DNA of 64,000 nucleotides from an uncultured bacterium (GTDB lineage Bacteria; Babelota; Babeliae; Babelales; Babelaceae): NCBI GenBank assembly GCA_963819815.1, contig CAWFXL010000001.1, positions 864,001 to 928,000 of the forward strand, read 5' to 3'. Shown piece by piece: positions 10,674 to 20,225 of this stretch (position 1 is its first letter; each line of letters starts with the position of its first letter). The notes under the pieces were generated by a model. It saw only the letters and a program-made list of their open reading frames with translations, ran no database searches and was not told where the DNA came from. The position numbers and the translations under genes were made by a program.

Positions 10674-12044
10674 ATGTCAACTTGGCTGAAACAATGGTGC
10701 ACACTGGGATTGGTGTTTTCAGTGATGACAACCTCTGTCACATCACTATCAACAGCTTCTATTGTACTTCCTCGTAGCCTTGAAAACGAGTCTTTTCTCG
10801 ATTCACCTATAACGAGAGACCTGCTTGATGAGGATATGGTTCTAGATGCTCTTTCTTATGGACCTAAAGCGATACAAGCGATTATTGAGGGCTTCCAGTC
10901 AGGATCTAAATTAGTAGGCAAGCATTGGTTAAAAACTGTGACGCTACTTCTTCTTGCACTTCAAAATCAAGGTAGCTTAATCACCATATCTGGAGCAACA
11001 GCATTATCCGTAACCAATAGCAATCAAGTTTTAACAGGCAATGGCTCAGCTGTGGCCCTTCTACCGATGAGCATTAGTGGGAATGCTATAGGAGATCGCG
11101 GTTCTAATAGCAATGCAACATTGGTGCTCAGAGATAAAAATTCCGGTAATATTAGCAGCAGCTGCGATGCGGGACAGACCCAAACATTTTCCAATGGTGT
11201 TTGGAATTCTTTCGGAATTACTGTTCTTGTTAACAACTTACTAGGATGTATTACCGTCACCCCAGCTCCCGGTTATCTTGACACTACTATGTATATCGAC
11301 TCTACCTTCATTGATTATATAGATTATTACCCAACGGAAAGCGTAGAGGGCACAATCGAGATTAATCCACCTATGACTAGCATTCCTAGTAACCCTATAC
11401 AAACTCCACCTTCAACGAAAATAGTTTCTTCAACAGTAACTTCTGAAAATTCTGGCGTATCTTTAACTACCCAAGCTGTATCACCAACAAATTCAGAGAA
11501 TAGCTCAAGTAATGCGAACGCCTCTCTAACAACTCAATCTCCATCTAATGTAAGTCATACCGTAGCAACATTACTTTCTAATTCCAATCAAAATACTACC
11601 AATGGCACCAATGATTCAAATAATGATACTATAGCGACCCCGAGTATAGTTCATGGGACAACAACTAGCACACATGGGTCAACAGACACTTCATCATTTC
11701 CTCTCATACTATCTACCAGCAAACCTCCATATGCTATTATTGGGGGTACAGTGGGTGGCGGACTGCTTTTATGTAGTCTTATAGCTGGGATTGCAGCATT
11801 CGTGCATGGCTGGTGCGGCATGCACAAGGAATCCTCCCCTGCCGAAGTGCATGACCATGAATTACAAACCCAACATTGTGTTCCAGATGAAGGTAGATCA
11901 AACTACGCTCTAATTGTAGTAGCTCAACCCCAAAAACCCATTAAATCTGATTACACGGGCCTGCCAGAAGCTTCGATCAGATCTCAATATGATCTGACTC
12001 CTCAGGCAAATCTTGGTTCGAAGGTTTGCCTGCAGCTGCAATGA
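10674..12044 (+). CDS. Single-pass membrane protein, receptor-like family paralog 1 (signal, small ectodomain, S/T stalk, TM, Tyr-motif tail)
   Basis: MSTWLKQW signal; internal GATALSVTN; S/T/N-rich stalk; TM PPYAIIGGTVGGGLLLCSLIAGIAAFV; tail SNYALI, SDYTGL, SQYDL. Confidence 0.8.
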   Translation: MSTWLKQWCTLGLVFSVMTTSVTSLSTASIVLPRSLENESFLDSPITRDLLDEDMVLDALSYGPKAIQAIIEGFQSGSKLVGKHWLKTVTLLLLALQNQGSLITISGATALSVTNSNQVLTGNGSAVALLPMSISGNAIGDRGSNSNATLVLRDKNSGNISSSCDAGQTQTFSNGVWNSFGITVLVNNLLGCITVTPAPGYLDTTMYIDSTFIDYIDYYPTESVEGTIEINPPMTSIPSNPIQTPPSTKIVSSTVTSENSGVSLTTQAVSPTNSENSSSNANASLTTQSPSNVSHTVATLLSNSNQNTTNGTNDSNNDTIATPSIVHGTTTSTHGSTDTSSFPLILSTSKPPYAIIGGTVGGGLLLCSLIAGIAAFVHGWCGMHKESSPAEVHDHELQTQHCVPDEGRSNYALIVVAQPQKPIKSDYTGLPEASIRSQYDLTPQANLGSKVCLQLQ

Positions 12045-12079
12045 GAGCCTGACCAACCCCTCACATAATACCTATCAGT

Positions 12080-12340
12080 ATGAACCTCTGATATTATAGG
12101 AAACCGCAGATGGATTTATTCTAGTTTGTGGCATTTATGCAGAGGTGGCATAAGCAAGAAATCATCCTTCTATTCAAGCGCATGATCATAAGTTCGGTAT
12201 CCTCCATGAGTATTCTAAGTGCGCCTTGGCCAGGCTTACAGTCCTCCCTATTCTGAGTACGAAGGGCTAGGGGTAGGGCAGAATTCCTTGCAATTCGCAA
12301 TGAGAAGGATGCTAGTCTTGCAGCTGTATTGAAAAACATT
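12080..12340 (+). pseudogene. Probable decayed 3' remnant of a further receptor-like paralog
   Basis: Short frames read VAFMQRWH (cf. VAFVRGW), QAHDHKF (cf. EVHDHEL), SEYEGL (cf. SDYTGL) and DASLAAVLKN (cf. YASLSLAPMKN) in the family order but in different frames. Confidence 0.45.
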
Positions 12341-12503
12341 TCGATCAAACGATAAATTCCTCAATAAATCGAGCTATTGAAGAATGCTGTTGGCGAAAAA
12401 CCCCAACCAGTGATAGAATTGCTCTTAAGGAAATGACAAGGGCTTGACAATTTCTGAAAAATAAATATTATAGAATATAGTTAGTAGAAAATTGAGGAAA
12501 AAA

Positions 12504-13933
12504 ATGACAAATTGGTTGAAAGAATGGTACGTGGTAGGGATGATGTTTATTGTGATGGCAACCTCTGTCACATCAACATCAGCAGCTTCTATTGAGCTTC
12601 CTCGCAACCTTGAAAGTGAGTCTTATCAGGCAAAGTCACAAGCTACTCCAAAAATTGTAGCTAAAAAGATGGCCTCGCAAAAAGCTTCAACCCGCAAAGT
12701 TGCACCAAAAAAAGTAAAAAACCCTAAACATCAACCTACAAGCAATGATTTGATGGAGGATACTATCTCTCCAGATACTCTTTCTTATGGAGCCAAAACT
12801 CTACAATCCCTTTTGGTACTCTACAAGTCTGGGTTAAAAATAGTGAAACCAGTATTAAAATTTGTGCGAAAGCACCCGGGAAAAGCGCTAACAATTGCTC
12901 TTGCATTGCAAAGTAAGGAATCCTCAAACAGAGCACCTGGTGCAACAGCGTTATCAGTAACAAATATTAATCAAAACATAACATCCAATAGTACAGTTGT
13001 GCCCCTTTTACCTATGACTATTAGTGGAACTGTTAATCCTACCACTGGTCTTCCAACCTGTAATGCAACAATAAGACTTGGTGATATAAATTCTGGTAAT
13101 ATTACCAGCGCTGGAACTGGACTTCCCCAAACATTTTTTGATGGGGTATGGGATTCTTATGGATATACACCTGTGTTAAGCACCATATTAGAAAGTATTT
13201 TAGTCACACGAGCTATTCGTTATCTTAATACGACAATTTATGCCTATCTTACTGTAATCGATTTAGGCGCTACGCCAAATACTATGGTACAAGGAATTAT
13301 CCAAATTAATCCATCCATATTAACATACCAAGCATCTCAGTAACGAATCAACCTTCATCGGCAATAAACACAGGAACAAGTATTTACTATATGCCAGATA
13401 CTGCACCCACTATTATCGACACCACTCCAGCAGCTCTAGCAATTCTCCAACAACCCAATCTTCATCAGTCGTCAGCAGCCCAGTACCAACCCCACTTCCA
13501 AATACCAATCAGAGCTTAACCGGCTCTGTAAATAGTACGGACGCTACCGCTATACCCACATCAAATACTCAAGGAACAACAACATCAAACATGTCCGATA
13601 CTTCATCAATCCCTTTTATAAGTCCCTACCAGCAAACCCCCCTATGCTATTATTGGGGGTGCAGTAGGTGGCGGATTGGCTTTATGTAGCATTATAGCTG
13701 GGGTTGTGGCATTTGTGCGTGGATGGTGCGGCATGCACAACCAGGCCTCATCAGCTGACGAGGAAGATCAAGAATCAGGTGTCCAACGTTCTTCAGATGA
13801 AGTTAGATCAGCTGACTATGCCCTAATTATAGTAGCTCCGTCTCAAAAACCCAAAGAATCTGGGTACCAAGACTTGCCAGAAGCTACAACAAAACCTCAG
13901 TTCTACGAATCGGTTAACCAACCTCTCGCATAA
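12504..13933 (+). pseudogene. Receptor-like family paralog 2, frameshifted (ORFs 12504-13343 and 13676-13933 are parts of one gene)
   Basis: N-part MTNWLKEW...GATALSVTN is homologous to paralogs 1 and 3; the S/T stalk continues in another frame after ~13320; the TM/tail (SKPPYAIIGGAVGGGLALCS, ADYALI, SGYQDL, FYESV) resumes after another shift at ~13620. Confidence 0.8.
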
Positions 13934-14175
13934 TTCCGTCAGCACGACCTCCCAAAACTCTCCGGAAAGTCATCTAAAGTAGCTCATGCATCCTTACTGC
14001 GATGCTGATACATGGTGAAAATAGATGAATGTGCAGTGTCACTTAAGATATAATCGGTCAAGGTTCGGAACGGCAACAAAAGAAAGCCTCTTCTTTTAAA
14101 TTAATACAGATCTATACAATCTTTTCACTCTTGAGAAAGTCTTGTATCTATTGTGCCGTAACCTTGATTATCAAA

Positions 14176-14265
14176 ACTATTGCATTCGAAATTTTCTTTA
14201 GAGTATCCTAAAAAGTAACTGGGGAGTAAGCCCAGAAAAACAAAACTTTGCAAGGGGGAAATCCT
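14176..14265 (+). promoter_or_regulatory. Conserved promoter and 5'-UTR hairpin of the beta-helix family (copy 1)
   Basis: TTGCAT-18-TATCCT, CTGGG..CCCAG hairpin, AAGGGGG RBS; homologous blocks at ~16166-16253, ~18095-18184, ~48379-48468 and ~50250-50340. Confidence 0.7.
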
Positions 14266-16023
14266 ATGAAGTTCGTATCTAAATGCCTTGTGTTATTCGC
14301 AACCCTTATACTTCTCGCACCCGTGTTAGCAAAATCTGACAAGCACTGTCATGAAGAAGTCGTAAAATTTGTCCAAGCCACTGCCTCACCAAACGGTAAC
14401 GGTTCTAAAAAACATCCCTTTGCAACACTTGCGGCTGCAGCCCTTGCCACATGGGATGTACTCATTGTGCTTCCTTCAACAAAGGCACTCGAGGGCGGTT
14501 TAACTCTCAAGCCAGGACAAAAAATCATAGGGTCTTGTGATCCAACAGATATCTCTTTATCTCCAGCACAACCTATCATTACGACATCAAGCACAAGCCC
14601 AAACAATGGTGTCGGCATTACAGCTACTGGTGATAATGTCATTAAGAATCTCTATTTTCAAAACACCTGGTCTTCTGCTATCAATTACGATAACGCAACG
14701 AACCTGACCATACAGGATTGCCTTATTACCGGTCATAACCAAGGAAGCACCGTCATTACAACAGGTTTTTTTACAGGTGCTCTCGTAGGTGGAATACAAG
14801 GCCAATGCTCACAATCTGGAGAAACCCGTATTGAGCATGTAATTATTCGTAACAATCATGCAGGACCTGGAATTCAAGATTTGCCAGTAAACCCTGCTCA
14901 TCGTGAGTTAACAGTATGTAAGTGCGAGCTTGCTCAACTTAATACAACTGGCATCTTATCTGATCCTGTAGGTAGCACCACTACAGTCTTTTCTTCGGTT
15001 GTTGTTAAGGATTCATATTTGCATGATTTCATTGGAAATACCGGAATTGGATTCTTATGTTTCCCCCATAATGGAAGTGTTCAGACAGTTCTCATAAAAG
15101 ATTCAGCCTTTTCTAATATTAATGATTCTAATATCGAAGCCGGTCCAGCTTTTTTTACCACCAACGCAGGGCCTTCACCAGAGCTAAAAATAGAAATTGA
15201 TGGATGCTCATTTGAAAGCAGCACCAGTGTTGCTATAACAATATTCAATAACAACTCTTCACAAAGCGAAGCAATTGTAACAAACTCCACAAGTAATGTG
15301 AGTACTTTTTTCCTGTCACAAGTATTCGATAATGGCATACAACAAAACAGGCTCTGTGGTAACACCGTTACCGGTGTTACTTTCTACGAAGCACAAGCAT
15401 CGCATTCTGTAGTAGCTCTGCCAATGCCGGTAGAAATTACTGAAATCATCGGTAACTGCTTTACTGGAAATATTGGCATCGAACTCTTGCCACTCATAAA
15501 GTGGACCCTCCTTGATATTACTGCAGAATGTAATTGTTTCTACGGCTCTGGCACTAACAGTATTTTGTTTGATACCATAACTTCAACCCCTACGCCAGGG
15601 GCGTTTAATGGTCTCATTAATGCTCACGACAATACCTTCTCTGGTTTCACAACTGATATTAAAGACAATGGAAGCAATGTCAGTTACCTGGTAAGCAGAA
15701 ACTTCTGGGGTACACCTACGACAACTTGCTCAACCACAAGTTCTTGTCTACCATTCCAAACCTGTGACCATGGTTCTTGTCTCGGCCCAATAGTTGTTGC
15801 TCCAGCCCCTCCCTTCACGGGCTTTATTGATGCAAGTCACCCACTTGCAGTTTCTATTAAATGTCCACGCAACTGCTGCTTTTCAACATCTGGCAAGCTA
15901 ACAACACCTCCTCTTCCGCAAGCAATGCTCTCTACTGAAGAGAAGCTCCAAAAACTTGCAAGAATAAGCGAAAGCATCGAAAACAGATCTCATCAGCCAA
16001 CAGCTGTAGCAGTGGCTTCTTAA
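14266..16023 (+). CDS. Secreted Cys-rich right-handed beta-helix (pectin-lyase-like) protein, paralog A
   Basis: Signal peptide MKFVSK...VLA; GNGS..HPF.TLAAA cap motif typical of parallel beta-helix proteins; N/I/T-rich repeats; NFWG and Cys-rich C-terminus; true start ATG 14266 after RBS. Confidence 0.8.
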   Translation: MKFVSKCLVLFATLILLAPVLAKSDKHCHEEVVKFVQATASPNGNGSKKHPFATLAAAALATWDVLIVLPSTKALEGGLTLKPGQKIIGSCDPTDISLSPAQPIITTSSTSPNNGVGITATGDNVIKNLYFQNTWSSAINYDNATNLTIQDCLITGHNQGSTVITTGFFTGALVGGIQGQCSQSGETRIEHVIIRNNHAGPGIQDLPVNPAHRELTVCKCELAQLNTTGILSDPVGSTTTVFSSVVVKDSYLHDFIGNTGIGFLCFPHNGSVQTVLIKDSAFSNINDSNIEAGPAFFTTNAGPSPELKIEIDGCSFESSTSVAITIFNNNSSQSEAIVTNSTSNVSTFFLSQVFDNGIQQNRLCGNTVTGVTFYEAQASHSVVALPMPVEITEIIGNCFTGNIGIELLPLIKWTLLDITAECNCFYGSGTNSILFDTITSTPTPGAFNGLINAHDNTFSGFTTDIKDNGSNVSYLVSRNFWGTPTTTCSTTSSCLPFQTCDHGSCLGPIVVAPAPPFTGFIDASHPLAVSIKCPRNCCFSTSGKLTTPPLPQAMLSTEEKLQKLARISESIENRSHQPTAVAVAS

Positions 16024-16032
16024 AGCAATCAA

Positions 16033-16071
16033 GTTCCTACCTATGGTACAGTATGTATCATAGGTAGGAAC
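16033..16071. repeat. 18-bp-stem inverted repeat downstream of paralog A
   Basis: GTTCCTACCTATGGTACA-gta-TGTATCATAGGTAGGAAC (one G:T pair). Confidence 0.9.
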
Positions 16072-16253
16072 ATTGGCCAACTATTCAAGACCACCAAGCC
16101 TCCCAGCCTCCATTAAAAATAATTAGCATGACGTACCATCCACCTCTCTTGTGCTCACAGCACAAACTATTGCTTTCGGAATTTTCTTTAGAGTACCCTA
16201 AGAGTAACTGGGTAGTGAACCCAGAAATAAAACTTTACAAAGGGGGAAATCCT

Positions 16254-17915
16254 ATGAAGTTCGTATCTCAATCTCTGCTGTTACTCGTAACCCTTGCGCT
16301 TCTTGCACCTACGTTAGCACAAGCTGACGAGCGCTGTCCTAAGGAAATCGTAAAATATGTCAAAGCTAACGCCTCCCCCTATGGTGATGGTACCAAAAAA
16401 AATCCTTTCACAACACTCGCTGCTGCAGCGCTTGCTACGTGGGATGTACTCATTGTGCTTCCTTCAATAACAGCACTGGATGGAGGTATAACCCTCAAAC
16501 CAGGACAACAAATTATAGGGTCTTGTGATCCAACAGATTTCACGGGATCTACCACACAATCAATCATTACAAACTCTTCTTTAGCAACTAATAATGGAGT
16601 CGGTGTTACTGCTAATGGTGATAATGTCATTAAGAACATCTATTTTAAAGATACCTTCTCTTCTGCTATCAATTATGATAGCTCAACTAACCTGATCGTA
16701 CAGGATTGCCTCATTACCGGTCATAACAAAGGAAATGTCAAAATTCCCTCAGGTGGTCCTTTTGTAGGTTTACTCGTAGGAGGAATTCAGGGGCAATGCT
16801 CACAATCTGGCGAAGCTCTTATAGAACATGTTATTATTCGCAACAATAATGCGGGTCCTGGGATTCAAGATTTTCCAGTAAACCCTGCTCATCGGGAATT
16901 AATAGTATGCAAGTGCGAGTTTGCTCAACTTAATGCTAATGGTATCGCGTCTGACCCTGTAGGTGGTACTACCACTGCCTTTTCTTCCGTTGTTGTTAGA
17001 GATTCATATTTTCATGATTTTGTTGGAGTTGCCGGATTCGGATTCGTTTGTGCACCCCAGAATGGAAGCGTACAGACAGTTCTAATAAAGAATTCCTCCT
17101 TTTACAATATTGCTAGTTATAATATTGCGGGCAATCCTATATATGACATTACCAAGCCAGGGCCTTCACCAGAGCTAAAAATGGACATTGATTCCTGCTC
17201 ATTTGAAATTGGTACCGCTGCAGCTATTGGAATATTCAATAACAACTCAACAAAAAGCAAAGTAACTGTAACAAACTCAATCAGCAACAATGTTGCCACT
17301 TTTTTCCTATCACTAATAGATGATAACGCCATACAACGAAATAAGTTATGTGGCAACACGGTTACCGATGGTACTTTCTACCTTGCAGAAGCCTTTCATC
17401 TTAATACCTCTGCCGCCAAGCCTGTAGAAATCACTGAAATCATAGGTAACTGCTTTACTGGATCTATAGGTATCGAGCTCAATGCATCCCTTATTAATTC
17501 CATACCTTGGACTTTCCTTGATATTACTGCAGAAGGTAATTGTTTCTTCGGCTCTGGCTCTAACAGTATTTTGTTTGAGACCATAACTTCAACCCCCACC
17601 CCAGGGGCGTTTAATGGTCTCATCAATGCCCATGACAATACCTTCTCCGGTTTCACAACTGATATTAAAGACAATGGAAGCAATGTCAGTTACCTGGTAG
17701 GCAAAAACTTCTGGGGTACACCTACGAAGGCTTGCACAAGCACAAGTATGTGTGGTCAATACCAAATCTGTCAAAATGGAATGTGTTTTGGACCAACAGT
17801 ATCTCTCCCTACAACACCTCCTCTGTTCATCGGCTATATAGATGCAAGCCATCCACTTACAGAGTCTATTGCATGTCCCTGCAACTGTCGCTTTCCAGCA
17901 TCTGGCACGCCCTAA
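16254..17915 (+). CDS. Secreted Cys-rich beta-helix protein, paralog B
   Basis: Colinear with paralog A (GDGTKKNPFTTLAAA, GGIQGQCSQSGE, NFWG); start moved to ATG 16254 after the conserved RBS. Confidence 0.8.
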   Translation: MKFVSQSLLLLVTLALLAPTLAQADERCPKEIVKYVKANASPYGDGTKKNPFTTLAAAALATWDVLIVLPSITALDGGITLKPGQQIIGSCDPTDFTGSTTQSIITNSSLATNNGVGVTANGDNVIKNIYFKDTFSSAINYDSSTNLIVQDCLITGHNKGNVKIPSGGPFVGLLVGGIQGQCSQSGEALIEHVIIRNNNAGPGIQDFPVNPAHRELIVCKCEFAQLNANGIASDPVGGTTTAFSSVVVRDSYFHDFVGVAGFGFVCAPQNGSVQTVLIKNSSFYNIASYNIAGNPIYDITKPGPSPELKMDIDSCSFEIGTAAAIGIFNNNSTKSKVTVTNSISNNVATFFLSLIDDNAIQRNKLCGNTVTDGTFYLAEAFHLNTSAAKPVEITEIIGNCFTGSIGIELNASLINSIPWTFLDITAEGNCFFGSGSNSILFETITSTPTPGAFNGLINAHDNTFSGFTTDIKDNGSNVSYLVGKNFWGTPTKACTSTSMCGQYQICQNGMCFGPTVSLPTTPPLFIGYIDASHPLTESIACPCNCRFPASGTP

Positions 17916-17948
17916 GGAGTAACGGTAAAAGCTGTAGCTTCGTAAAAA

Positions 17949-17999
17949 CAATGCAGTCCTGCCTATGATACATACTGTATCATAGGCAGGACTGCATTG
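17949..17999. repeat. Perfect 24-bp-stem inverted repeat downstream of paralog B
   Basis: CAATGCAGTCCTGCCTATGATACA-tac-TGTATCATAGGCAGGACTGCATTG. Confidence 0.95.
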
Positions 18000-18184
18000 G
18001 CCATAGAGACCTACCCAGCATCACCAAACCTCTTTTCCTGCGCTTAAGATACTCAGCGTGGCGTTCATTACCTTCTCTTGAACTATCAGCACTAACTATT
18101 GCTTTGGGAATTTTCTTTGGAGTACCCTAAGTATAACTGGGGAGTGAAACCAGAAAAATAAAACTTTACAAAGGGGGAAATCCT

Positions 18185-19972
18185 ATGAAGTTCGTATCTT
18201 ATTCTTTCGTGTTACTCACAAGTCTCACGATTTTCGCACCTGCGTTAGCAAAATCTGTTAAGCATGGTCATGAAGAAGTTGTAAAATTTGTTCAAGCCAC
18301 TGCCGCGCCAAAAGGTAATGGTTCCGAAAAACACCCTTTTGCATCACTCGCTGCTGCAGCACTTGCTCCATGGGATATACTCATAGTGCTTCCTTCAACA
18401 ATGGCGCTTGATGGCGGAATAACTCTCAAGTCAGGACAGAAAATCATCGGAGCTTGTGATCCAACAGATATCTCTGTTTCTCCAGCACAACCGATCATTA
18501 CAAACTTGAATGGTACTCTAAATAATGGGGTCGGTGTTATTGCTACAGGCAATAATGTCATTAAGAACATCTATTTTCAAAACACCTATTCTTCTTCTAT
18601 TAACTACGATAACGCAACGAACCTGACCATACAGGATTGCCTCATCACCGGCCATAATCAAGGAAATGTCACCCTTACACATGGTCATTTTGCCGGAAAC
18701 TTGGTAGGGGGGATACAAGGTCAATGCTCACAATCGGGAGAAACTCTTATAGATCATGTCATTATTCGGAGCAATACTGCAGGACCTGGAATTCAAGACT
18801 TGCCAGTAAGTCCTGCTCATAGGCAATTAACCGTATGCAATTGCGAGCTTGCTCAACTTAATGATCGTGGTATCATCTCTGCTCCGCTAGGTAGCAGCAC
18901 TAGTACTGCCGTTTCTGACGTGGTTGTTAAAGATTCCCATCTGCATGATTTTATATCGAGTACTACGGGAGTTGGATTCGGTTGTAACCCCCTTAATGGA
19001 AGCCTTCAGACAGTTCTGATAAAGAATTCAGTTTTTAACAACATTTCTTTTTTTAATATTGAAGGCGTACCATTTCATGATATCAGCATCTCAGGACCCT
19101 CACCAGAGCTAAAAATAGAAATTGATTCCTGCTTATTTGAAAACAGTACCAGTATTGCTATACAAATAATCAATGACAATGTAGCAAAAAGCGAAGCTCT
19201 TGCAACAAACTCAACCAGCAACAATGTTGCTGCCTTTTTTGGGTCATTAATACTTGATAACGGAGTGCAAAGAAATAGACTCTGTGGCAACACGGTGACT
19301 GGAGGAGTTTTCTATTTAGCAGAAACAGACACTAACCAAGAGCAACCTTCGCAAGCAATGCCTGTGGAAATAACCGAACTCATAGGTAATTGCTTTTCTG
19401 GATCATTCGGCATCGTACTCGACCCAAAAATACCTTGGACTCCTCTCCTTGATATTACTGCTGAATGTAATTGTTTCTACGGTACTGGTACTTCAAGCAT
19501 TTGTTTTGCTACAGATACTCTAAACTTGCAAGCTAGTGCTAGTCCGCTTAATGGGTTCATTAATGCCCATGAAAATACCTTTTCCGGTTTCACCGCTGAC
19601 ATTGAAGACAGCGGAAGCAGCATCAGCTACTTGCTAAGCAAAAACTTTTGGGGTCAACCTACGACCTCTTGCGCAGCAACGAGTCCCTGCCTTCCTTACC
19701 AAACCTGTGAAAAAGGTGCATGCCTCGGACCAATAGTAATTCTCCCTACAACTCCTCCGTTGTTTGCTGGGTACATTGATGCAAGTCACCCACTTGCAGC
19801 TTCTATCGCATGTCCTCGCAACTGCTGCTTTTCAACATCTGGTACCTCAAACCCATCGCCTACCCTACAAGCAAGACTCTCTCCTGAAGGTAGGCATCAG
19901 AAGCTTGAAAGAATACAAAAAAGCATCCGGAGCATATCTCCTGAGCCAACTGAAGCAGCTGTAGTTTCATAA
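18185..19972 (+). CDS. Secreted Cys-rich beta-helix protein, paralog C
   Basis: Colinear with paralogs A and B. Confidence 0.8.
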   Translation: MKFVSYSFVLLTSLTIFAPALAKSVKHGHEEVVKFVQATAAPKGNGSEKHPFASLAAAALAPWDILIVLPSTMALDGGITLKSGQKIIGACDPTDISVSPAQPIITNLNGTLNNGVGVIATGNNVIKNIYFQNTYSSSINYDNATNLTIQDCLITGHNQGNVTLTHGHFAGNLVGGIQGQCSQSGETLIDHVIIRSNTAGPGIQDLPVSPAHRQLTVCNCELAQLNDRGIISAPLGSSTSTAVSDVVVKDSHLHDFISSTTGVGFGCNPLNGSLQTVLIKNSVFNNISFFNIEGVPFHDISISGPSPELKIEIDSCLFENSTSIAIQIINDNVAKSEALATNSTSNNVAAFFGSLILDNGVQRNRLCGNTVTGGVFYLAETDTNQEQPSQAMPVEITELIGNCFSGSFGIVLDPKIPWTPLLDITAECNCFYGTGTSSICFATDTLNLQASASPLNGFINAHENTFSGFTADIEDSGSSISYLLSKNFWGQPTTSCAATSPCLPYQTCEKGACLGPIVILPTTPPLFAGYIDASHPLAASIACPRNCCFSTSGTSNPSPTLQARLSPEGRHQKLERIQKSIRSISPEPTEAAVVS

Positions 19973-19983
19973 AAGCAAGTAAG

Positions 19984-20018
19984 TCCTACCTATGATACCT
20001 ATCGTATCATAGGTAGGA
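19984..20018. repeat. 15-bp-stem inverted repeat downstream of paralog C
   Basis: TCCTACCTATGATAC-ctatc-GTATCATAGGTAGGA. Confidence 0.9.
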
Positions 20019-20225
20019 GCATTGGTGCCATGGACAAGGAAAGCTCAAGAGCTCTTATAACTCGCCCGTCTGAAAATCCCTAGGTGTGTGTTCTGCATCA
20101 TTACCGCCATCTTAGGGAAGCGACAAAATTTCTCCCCCAAATCTAGACTTTAACAAAGACTCTGTGTCACGCTCTATCTAGGAGCAGCGTCGGGAAAAAG
20201 AGTCGCTGCTAAAATACCGAGTCGA

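Noticed and set aside
12121..12348. 75-aa minus-strand ORF between receptor paralogs
   Set aside because: There are no recognisable features, and the region is better explained as a plus-strand paralog remnant
16128..16253. N-terminal extensions given by the ORF track for paralogs A, B and E (14248, 16128, 50254)
   Set aside because: The extensions are the conserved promoter/UTR; the RBS and signal peptide place the starts at 14266, 16254 and 50341
14349..19293. Recurring antisense ORFs within the beta-helix paralogs
   Set aside because: They recur only because the sense genes are paralogous; there is no RBS or independent signal
14266..19972. Diversity-generating retroelement or invertase-driven variation of the beta-helix family
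   Set aside because: There is no reverse transcriptase, recombinase or TR/VR pair with adenine-specific differences in the window
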